Source: an uncultured Candidatus Binatia bacterium (GTDB lineage Bacteria; Desulfobacterota; Binatia; Bin18). Taken from it: 64,000 nucleotides of DNA. The position numbers and the translations under genes are program-made. This document shows positions 17,956 to 24,880 of this stretch, piece after piece. The notes under the pieces are model-generated. The model had not been told where the DNA came from and made no database searches. It worked only from the letters and a program-made list of their open reading frames with translations. The stretch spans positions 3,447,190-3,511,189 of the forward strand of contig CBDEVZ010000008.1 of assembly GCA_965243735.1 (NCBI GenBank), read 5' to 3'. Every line of letters starts with the position of its first letter. Position 1 is the first letter of the stretch.

Positions 17956-19161
17956 CTAGGTCTCCCAGCTGTGCGGCAGGTAGCACAGGCCGAGTTCGCG
18001 GTTCTCGCCGCGCACCGAGAACTCCCGCTCGACCGTATCAAAATGCCGCAAGCCGGCGCTGTCCATGGCGTGGGCGCGCAGCACATAGCGACCGGGCAGC
18101 AGGCTGAGTTGGGGCAGGACATAGTCGATCTGATAGACCCGGCCCTCGACGTGGCGCAGCACCGCCCCGTCCATGTCGGACGACACCCCGTAGACCGGGA
18201 CCATATCGGGCCGCACGAGGCCGAGGTGAATCACCGGCGGTTTGGTCTCGCCGGCACCGGCCTCGACCCGCACCCGCGCCCGGAACGGCTGGCCGAACGC
18301 AAACTGCGAGGTTTCCTGGGCCTGGCCGTTCAGCAGCCGGACATCGGTGACCCGATTCTCGCCCGCAGTCAGAGCGGCGACGGGACGATTAACCGTCCCG
18401 TCAGTGTTCGTTTCGCCCTGGGCTTCGATGAACTCGGCGTACTCCTGGACCACGCTTGACGCGGCCCCCTGCGAGCGGACCTGGCCGTGGTCCAGCCACA
18501 CGGCTCGGCCACACAGCTTCTTGATCTGGTACATGTTGTGGGCGCAGTACAGCAGGGTGCCGCCGTGGGCCAGAAAGTCCTCCATCCAGCCAGTGCATTT
18601 TTTCTGGAACGCCTCGTCGCCCACGGCCAGAATTTCGTCCGTGACCAGCACGTCCGGCTCAACGCAGGTGGCCAGGGCAAAGGCCAGCCGCACGCTCATG
18701 CCGGACGAGTAGGTTTTGAGCGGCCGGTCAACGAAATCGCCGATATCGGCAAACTCCAGAATCGCCGGCAGGCGCTCGTCCAGCTCGTCCTGGCCGAGTC
18801 CCATCAAGGCCCCGGACAGGGCCAGGTTCTCACGCCCGGTGTACTCGGGATGAAAGCCGATGCCGAGTTCGAGCAGGGCACTGACCCGGCCGGCGCTACG
18901 GACCTGTCCCTCGGACGCCAGGCTGACGCCGCACAGGAGTTTCAACAGGGTGCTTTTGCCGGCGCCGTTCTGGCCGACAATGCCCCACGCATCACCCCGG
19001 TAGACCTCCAGGGACACGTTGCGCAGCGCCCAGAACTCTTCAGAGAAGCGGCGGCGGCCCAGCCACAGCATTTCCTTCAGGCGGTCGAAGTGGCGCGGAT
19101 ACAGCCTATAGGATTTGCCGAGCCCGTGGGCTTCGATCAGCGGTGGGGGAGCCGGGTTCAC
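17956..19161 (-). CDS. wzt: Polysaccharide ABC transporter ATP-binding protein with Wzt C-terminal domain
   Basis: GQNGAGKST, YSSGM, DEILAVGD.AFQKKC, plus a C-terminal extension of about 150 aa. Confidence 0.92.
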   Translation of the reverse strand: MNPAPPPLIEAHGLGKSYRLYPRHFDRLKEMLWLGRRRFSEEFWALRNVSLEVYRGDAWGIVGQNGAGKSTLLKLLCGVSLASEGQVRSAGRVSALLELGIGFHPEYTGRENLALSGALMGLGQDELDERLPAILEFADIGDFVDRPLKTYSSGMSVRLAFALATCVEPDVLVTDEILAVGDEAFQKKCTGWMEDFLAHGGTLLYCAHNMYQIKKLCGRAVWLDHGQVRSQGAASSVVQEYAEFIEAQGETNTDGTVNRPVAALTAGENRVTDVRLLNGQAQETSQFAFGQPFRARVRVEAGAGETKPPVIHLGLVRPDMVPVYGVSSDMDGAVLRHVEGRVYQIDYVLPQLSLLPGRYVLRAHAMDSAGLRHFDTVEREFSVRGENRELGLCYLPHSWET

Positions 19162-19235
19162 TGGGGGAGACTGTCCGACTGTTTTCGTGATACCGAGCGT
19201 CCTCGAAGCAGCGGGATGGGTCTCAGGATTTGTCG

Positions 19236-19544
19236 TCAGGCGGCTCCGCGCGGGATGGTGATGGCCTCGCGCAGCCCGTCCAGCAGCCCTTCCAGATGGG
19301 CCATACGTTCGCGCAGTTCAGCGATGTGCTGCTCCAGAGCAGTAATTTGAGCAGTAATGTGCTGCTCCAGAGCGGTAAACCGCTCATTGAACTCTCGGCG
19401 CTGAGCGACCAGTTCGGCGCTGAACTCCTGGCGCTGAGCGGCCAGTTCGGCGCGGATGGCGCGTTGCCCGCTCAGTATCAACCCGGCCAGGGTTGCGCCT
19501 ACCGCAACGACGGCTATCAGGACGCTGATCAATTCCACACTCAT
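19236..19544 (-). CDS. Small N-terminally anchored coiled-coil protein
   Basis: N-terminal TM helix, 11-aa repeats (AELAAQRQEFS; TALEQHITAQI) and ERMAHLEGLLDGLR ending. Confidence 0.7.
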   Translation of the reverse strand: MSVELISVLIAVVAVGATLAGLILSGQRAIRAELAAQRQEFSAELVAQRREFNERFTALEQHITAQITALEQHIAELRERMAHLEGLLDGLREAITIPRGAA

Positions 19545-19590
19545 GAGAAGCGCTCCGAAATCGGTGTCTCACCATAGCCACCAGCGCGCA

Positions 19591-20005
19591 GCAGGGCAAC
19601 CAGGAGGGGCAGGCCCCCGTGCCTGCCCGCCCCCGGCGCAATGGCGCAGCAGGGCAGCCACAGGGGGGTGCCTCTACGCACCGCCTCAATCCCCCCTTCG
19701 ACTTCGCTCCGCTACGCTCAGGGCGAACGGAAGTCCGGTCATGCTGAGCGTAGGCCCTGAGCCTGTCGAAGAGCCGGACTCGAAGCATCCCCTCCTCGGA
19801 GGGGTGGCCGAAGGCCGGGGTGGGTTTCGGATCGGACAGAGGGGGCAACCCACCCCCACAAGCAGCCAGCAAGCATTTTAGTCACAAATCTTCGTCAGCT
19901 ATTCATCCCCTCCTCGGAGGGGTGGCCGAAGGCCGGGGTGGGTTTCGGATCGGGCAGATGGGGCAACCCACCCCCCTGCTCCGCAGGACCCCTCCCAGGA
20001 GGGGA
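19591..20005. repeat. Cluster of mixed palindromic repeats
   Basis: GGGCAGGC..GCCTGCCC REP, CCCTTCGACTTCGCT..CTCAGGG type, and a roughly 70-bp direct repeat CATCCCCTCCTCGGAGGGGTGGCCGAAGGCCGGGGTGGG near 19786 and 19904. Confidence 0.8.
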
Positions 20006-20148
20006 AATAAGGCACCGAAAGTTACGCGCGAATACGCACGGTCTCTTGACAGAAGCCGCAGGACTGCTTAATACACCGGAATCCCTGCTGGAGACCGAAA
20101 ATCAGGGCGCGTCATACGCAAAATTCACATTCAGACACGCCAAAAACA

Positions 20149-20178
20149 TTGACTCCAACCGCACGAAATTGTTAGAAT
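20149..20178 (+). promoter_or_regulatory. Sigma70-like promoter, probably giving a leaderless mRNA
   Basis: TTGACT-18 nt-TAGAAT ends 7 nt before ATG 20186; no SD sequence. Confidence 0.5.
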
Positions 20179-20185
20179 CGCCGCC

Positions 20186-20647
20186 ATGCACAACCTCTTG
20201 GTGAGAACCCTGCTGTACGGCGGGCTGGCCCTCAGCATTGCGGCCGGCCTGCTGACCCTGGCAGGCTCCACACCCCAAGCCGCGACCGAAAGCCTGCAAA
20301 CCCGTCTCGAAGCCTACTGGCAGGCCCGGGTCGCCCACAACATGCCGCTCGCCCTCCAATACGAATACCCCCGGCAGCGTAAACAGCTCGGCCAGCACAT
20401 CTCGCGAGCCCGCCTGAACTCGGGCATCACCGTCACCGGATTTTCGGTGCTTGACCCCCAGGCGTTACAGCCCGACCCGGCCGCCCACACGGCCAGGGTT
20501 GAGATGCGCGTGGAATACGCGTATACCTTTCCCTCTATGGCTGGCCGACAGATAACCACCTCGACTGTCATTGCCGATGCCTGGCGCAAAGAGCGGGGGG
20601 TGTGGTATCACGTTTTGCAGACCGAGGTCATCCCCGACAACAAATGA
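20186..20647 (+). CDS. Hypothetical exported protein (possibly NTF2-like)
   Basis: N-terminal hydrophobic segment; RLEAYWQAR...Y.YEYP...DAWRKERGVWYH. Confidence 0.65.
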   Translation: MHNLLVRTLLYGGLALSIAAGLLTLAGSTPQAATESLQTRLEAYWQARVAHNMPLALQYEYPRQRKQLGQHISRARLNSGITVTGFSVLDPQALQPDPAAHTARVEMRVEYAYTFPSMAGRQITTSTVIADAWRKERGVWYHVLQTEVIPDNK

Positions 20648-20689
20648 ACGACCGCGTGAGAAGGCGACATATTTTGGACAATTTTACTC

Positions 20690-20718
20690 TTGACACGCTA
20701 GTTCGAGTCCGCTATTCC
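20690..20718 (+). promoter_or_regulatory. Sigma70-like promoter of the S-layer-like gene
   Basis: TTGACA-17 nt-TATTCC, about 160 nt upstream of ATG 20880. Confidence 0.5.
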
Positions 20719-20879
20719 GTGGTGCGCCTGTCGAGAGGAGGCGGGAAGGGAGGTGGTTCCTAGGGCAGGGCACTGGACTTTTGGTTAGGAACGCATTATT
20801 AAGAGCGAGGTTTTCGGATTTTGCCTTCACCGGTCACGAGGCTGTGGGGCAAGCAACCAACGAAGGGAGGACGGAGAGT

Positions 20880-22382
20880 ATGAGTCAACTTCTTAAGAAA
20901 TACGCGCTACTGACTGCGTGCGCAGTCCTGGCGTTATGCTTCGCCACACGGCCCGCGCAAGCGCAGACGGTCGCCATGGGTGGAACAGGCGAGCATCTGC
21001 TGTTCGCCTACTGGTCAACAGCCGACTATACGAACACGAATGTCAATATCCATTCCCCGCTGGATGTGAGGGACAAACCGAGTGATGAGACGATGAATGT
21101 CGTCCGCGTTGTCATTCGAGACGCGATGGGTAAAGGGCAGGCGGATTTCAAGATCTGCCTCATGCCGGGCGACTCTTGGACGGCCACGCTCTCCATGGAC
21201 GGTCTTATGGTCATGGACGGCGGCGGATGTGACGAATCCGTGCATCACAGCGCCGGTAGCCGCACCGAAAGTGCCACCTCGACCCCGATGATGGGAGAGA
21301 TGATGGCGCTTGGTGCAGACAGTGGCTACATCGAAGCCTGGCTGGCTCCCACAGGTGGTCTCGTTGACGATTCCGTCCGTTGTAGCCCAGCTGGTGCTAA
21401 TTGTTTGGCCGCAGGAGGATTCGACACTGATCTTGCAGAAGAGAATGCAACTCCAAGTGTCATCTCAGGATCGGCGATGCTGGTCTCCGCCATGTCCGGA
21501 TTTTCGTCAAGCTACAATGCTGTCGCCTTGACGGGATGCGGGGCTGACGCTACTACGGCCATCGCGAGCGACACTGATGACGGTAATGGGTGCTGGGTAC
21601 TCGGTACGGCAGATACTGCTGGGACGGGTGCAAACGCTAACGGAGGCCCGATTAATGCAGCCTTGAGCACCCTGGACATGGACTTGCTGACCGGTCGTTG
21701 GACGGCGATCAGCGATATGAATGTCATGTCACACACCAAAGTCGTAGTGACCTTCCCTGTCGGGAATGAGACCGACGGCTATCACCAGCTCAACCATACG
21801 GTCGTAGATGACGGCGAAGAGACGGCCGGAACAGACCCGGTCAGTGTATATGCCTTCGACGACGCAGGGAATATTTCGGCCATGGGTACGGCTATGCTCG
21901 GCATGAATGTCAACATATGCATGTTCGGCATGATGGACATGGATGATGACCATGACCACGACCACGGTGACGATATGGACATGGGCGACGGCATGACCAG
22001 TGCCGACATGCACGGCGACGATATGGATGGCGGCATGCCTATGCTCTCCTGCAACGACGAGATGGTAGACACACTCGAAGAAGGTATGTCAGGCGGATTC
22101 CGCATCTTCAATAATAATGCGGATGAGGATCCGGAAGATACAAATCCGTTGGATGGTCTTGAGATATCAGGTGAAAACGCTGATGACGGCGAAGAAGTAG
22201 AGGGACTCGGAATTGCTGCTGTTGCTGCGGACAGCGACAGCGGTCAAGTCGCGGCTGAAGACTTTGACGCTATCGGGGTCGTCTTCTCGTACTTCATGGG
22301 TACCGACGGCATGCAGTACGACCAAGCCACACCGATTCAGTCGATCAGTCTTCCCGCCACCAGTCCAGAGGGCGCTCTCTAG
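20880..22382 (+). CDS. Secreted acidic cell-surface (S-layer-like) protein with Met/His/Asp-rich insert
   Basis: Signal peptide ending AQA; GTGEHLLFAYW...FKICLMPGDSWTATL resembles proteobacterial surface-array proteins; rich in D/G/A/T; own promoter and terminator. Confidence 0.6.
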   Translation: MSQLLKKYALLTACAVLALCFATRPAQAQTVAMGGTGEHLLFAYWSTADYTNTNVNIHSPLDVRDKPSDETMNVVRVVIRDAMGKGQADFKICLMPGDSWTATLSMDGLMVMDGGGCDESVHHSAGSRTESATSTPMMGEMMALGADSGYIEAWLAPTGGLVDDSVRCSPAGANCLAAGGFDTDLAEENATPSVISGSAMLVSAMSGFSSSYNAVALTGCGADATTAIASDTDDGNGCWVLGTADTAGTGANANGGPINAALSTLDMDLLTGRWTAISDMNVMSHTKVVVTFPVGNETDGYHQLNHTVVDDGEETAGTDPVSVYAFDDAGNISAMGTAMLGMNVNICMFGMMDMDDDHDHDHGDDMDMGDGMTSADMHGDDMDGGMPMLSCNDEMVDTLEEGMSGGFRIFNNNADEDPEDTNPLDGLEISGENADDGEEVEGLGIAAVAADSDSGQVAAEDFDAIGVVFSYFMGTDGMQYDQATPIQSISLPATSPEGAL

Positions 22383-22430
22383 CGGCTGACTCGGTACTCA
22401 CCTTCCGCCCGGCTAACAGCCTCGCGTAAC

Positions 22431-22464
22431 CAAAAAGGAGAGGGGACTTCCCCTCTCCTTTTTG
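22431..22464. terminator. Rho-independent terminator (bidirectional)
   Basis: CAAAAAGGAGAGGGGA-CT-TCCCCTCTCCTTTTTG perfect hairpin with A and T tails. Confidence 0.9.
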
Positions 22465-22502
22465 CGTGTGCCCTCCCCCCCCCATCCCCTCCCGCCCCTC
22501 AC

Positions 22503-22586
22503 AAAATCCCCCTGCGCTTCCGCGCTTCCCCCTTTGCCAAAGCCTGCCCTGAGCTACGTCGAAGGGGGGGATTGAGGGGGATTTTT
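22503..22586. repeat. Palindromic element with an inserted GCCTGCCCTGAGC..GTCGAAG unit
   Basis: AAAATCCCCCT...CCCCCTTTGCCAAA[insert]GGGGGATTGAGGGGGATTTT. Confidence 0.75.
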
Positions 22587-22677
22587 CGACGCACAGGCCG
22601 CAGGTAGCGAGGGCGGCGGCTCTTGCCTTGACCCAGTCCGGCCGGCGGCTTACAACGGTTTCAGAGAAGACACACCC

Positions 22678-23052
22678 ATGACCGAATATGAAACCGCCTC
22701 CTTAGCCATCCAACACGCCACCCTGGAGCTGAGCTACTGGCGGGGCTGGGCCGCCTTCCTGCAAGTCGGCGCGGCGCTGCTGGTCGGGCTCGTCCAGAGC
22801 GGCCTGCTGGCCTGGGGCATCTCGGTGATGAAAGAGAGCAATAAAGGCCGAGACGCCACCTTGACCGCCCTCAGAGACCAGAGCCAGGCCTTAGCCGATA
22901 TCGGAGCAGCTTTGCGAGGCCAGAGCCAAGCCCTGCGAGACCAGCGCCAAGCCTCGCAAGACCAGAGCCAAGCCCTCAGAGACCAGAGCCAAGCCCTAGC
23001 CGATATCGGAGCGGGGATTCAGGAACTCCTGCGCGAACGCCGGCCCACCTGA
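22678..23052 (+). CDS. Small membrane-anchored coiled-coil protein with DQSQALR heptads
   Basis: TM segment followed by 21-nt repeats; TTGACC-17-TACAAC promoter at 22628-22656. Confidence 0.7.
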   Translation: MTEYETASLAIQHATLELSYWRGWAAFLQVGAALLVGLVQSGLLAWGISVMKESNKGRDATLTALRDQSQALADIGAALRGQSQALRDQRQASQDQSQALRDQSQALADIGAGIQELLRERRPT

Positions 23053-23122
23053 TCTGGCAAAAGAAAAGGAGGGGCAGGTTTGAAACCCGCCCTTCCTCGG
23101 AACAGCCAGACACGTCCGGTAG

Positions 23123-23287
23123 CTACAACAGTCTCACCAGCGCCGTCACCGCCGTCACAATCCCCAGCACCACCAGCCATAGCTGCCGGTACAAACCCGA
23201 GAGATCGGCCTTCAATTCGGCCTTGACCTCGGCGATGTCCGCCTTGGTGGCAACACTCTCGGTAAACGCCTCCCGAATCGTATCCGG
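23123..23287 (-). pseudogene. 3' fragment of a DUF1640-like gene
   Basis: Manual translation PDTIREAFTESVATKADIAEVKAELKADLSGLYRQLWLVVLGIVTAVTALVRLL* is paralogous to 24326-24712; the 5' end is missing. Confidence 0.8.
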
Positions 23288-23288
23288 A

Positions 23289-23645
23289 CTATGACGACGG
23301 GGGATGGGAGAGACGGATCCGCTCCCCGCGGACCGTCACGACAGCCCGTCTTTCCAGCGCCTGCCCGTGCTTCTCAAGCACTTCAGTCATCAAGGCAATA
23401 CGTTGCGCTGCCGGTACGTCTGGAAGGCGCACCAGCCCTGCATGTGGAACATCCTCCACGTACACAAGCTCTCCGAAGTCAGTGTCGATCGTTATCAGAA
23501 TTCTGTCTTCGGTCGTAGCGTGTTCGAGAAGTGCTCGATCTCCCGGATCGGGACCGAGCGTGCTGGATTCGACAACGTCGTGCCCCCGGTTACGCAGCCA
23601 GTCCGCGAGACGACGACCAGCGCACCGGTCAACAAGAAATCTCAC
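23289..23645 (-). CDS. DUF5615 PIN-like toxin
   Basis: VRFLVDRC...LRNRGHDV...D..LL..A..EDRILITIDTDFGEL; GTGA overlap with the upstream DUF433 gene. Confidence 0.85.
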   Translation of the reverse strand: MRFLVDRCAGRRLADWLRNRGHDVVESSTLGPDPGDRALLEHATTEDRILITIDTDFGELVYVEDVPHAGLVRLPDVPAAQRIALMTEVLEKHGQALERRAVVTVRGERIRLSHPPSS

Positions 23646-23908
23646 GAATCCGCTACCGACACGGCGGACAGGGTATCCTTGGCGATGACGGCATGCGCGT
23701 AGGCGAGACACGCACGAATATCATCCGCTTCCAGGACGGGATAATCCTCCAGAATGGCTGTCGGTGTCACTCCCTGCGCCAACAGACTCAGGACGAGTTC
23801 CACCGAAATGCGCATATCCCGAACGATGGGTTTGCCACCAAAGATATCCGGGCGCACGGTGATGCGACCCAAGAGGGAGGCAGTTGTTTTGTCTTCAGCA
23901 GCAGCCAT
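23642..23908 (-). CDS. DUF433 antitoxin
   Basis: RITVRPDIFGGKPIVRDMRISVE...ILEDYPVLEADDIRACLAYA. Confidence 0.9.
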   Translation of the reverse strand: MAAAEDKTTASLLGRITVRPDIFGGKPIVRDMRISVELVLSLLAQGVTPTAILEDYPVLEADDIRACLAYAHAVIAKDTLSAVSVADS

Positions 23909-24054
23909 AGCTGATATTCATGCAGGCCCGGTTTCGGTTGTCAAGCGATAGGGGGAGTGAGGGGGATTTCCTGTTGGCCTCCTCAGAGGGGAGACGATCA
24001 CCCTGACCCGGTCCGGCTGGCGGCTGACAACGGTTTCAGACAGAGGACACACCG

Positions 24055-24200
24055 ATGACCGACTTTGAAGCCGCCACCGTCGCCTATCAGACCGCCTCGC
24101 TCACCATGCAGCAGGCTCAGATGTGGAGCACCTAGGCCCAAGCGGGCGGGGCACTCCTGGTGGGCGGGGCGCAATGCCCGCTCATCTATCTTGGATTAGT
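24055..24200 (+). pseudogene. Decayed paralog of 22678-23052
   Basis: MTDFEAATVAYQTASLTMQQAQMWST*AQAGGALLVGGAQ; in-frame TAG at 24133; upstream 50 nt nearly identical to 22628-22677. Confidence 0.7.
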
Positions 24201-24325
24201 GACACACATCCCCCTGCCCGTCCGCTCCTATTTTTTCTGCAATTTTTCTCCCGAGTTATGCACTTCGCGTCAAAGGGACGGAGTGGGTTTCTTTTTGCCG
24301 CACCCGTTGATAGACAGAGGAGGCG

Positions 24326-24712
24326 ATGAGCACCTTCGATACCCTGCACGCCGCCAAAGCCTTGACCCAGGCCGGTTTTGCCCCGCCCCAAGCCGAAGCC
24401 ATTACCGACACCATCCGTGCCGCCTTTAGCGACAGCGTCGCCACCAAAACCGATATCGCCGAACTCCGCACCGAGATGGCCGCCCTCAGAACCGAACTCA
24501 AGGGCGACATCGCCGAACTCCGCACCGAACTCAAGGGCGATATCGCCATCACCAAAGCCGACATCGCGGCTGTCCAGGTGAAACTCGAAGCCGATATTGC
24601 GGCTGTGAAGACGGATATGGCCGAGCAGTTTGCCGCCTTGTACAAGCAGTTGTGGGTGATGGCGGTCGGGATTGTCGGCCTGACTGTCACGCTCGTGAAG
24701 CTCATTCCATAG
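24326..24712 (+). CDS. DUF1640/CCDC90-family coiled-coil membrane protein
   Basis: FDTLHAAKALTQAGF...QAEAI...VATKTDI head, 11-aa (33-nt) repeats IAELRTELKGD, C-terminal TM helix. Confidence 0.85.
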   Translation: MSTFDTLHAAKALTQAGFAPPQAEAITDTIRAAFSDSVATKTDIAELRTEMAALRTELKGDIAELRTELKGDIAITKADIAAVQVKLEADIAAVKTDMAEQFAALYKQLWVMAVGIVGLTVTLVKLIP

Positions 24713-24880
24713 AGGGGCCACGGAACCTGAAGAGGTCTCACCACTCCCCCATCCCCTCCTCGGAGGGAAAGAGGAAACGTGTCTCTAACAGAACAGACAG
24801 ATGTTGACGCGTTTCCTCTTTGTGCCGCGAAGCGGCGGGGTGGGTTTCGCCACGAAGGCGCACGACCTGCGAACTTGGCC

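Noticed and set aside
19591-20005. Direct repeats resembling a CRISPR array
   Set aside because: Only two roughly 70-bp copies, no regular unique spacers and no cas genes; they belong to the dispersed palindrome family.
22400-24850. Integron cassette array or prophage interpretation of the hotspot
   Set aside because: No integrase, convincing attC sites or phage genes, and the genes have mixed orientation.
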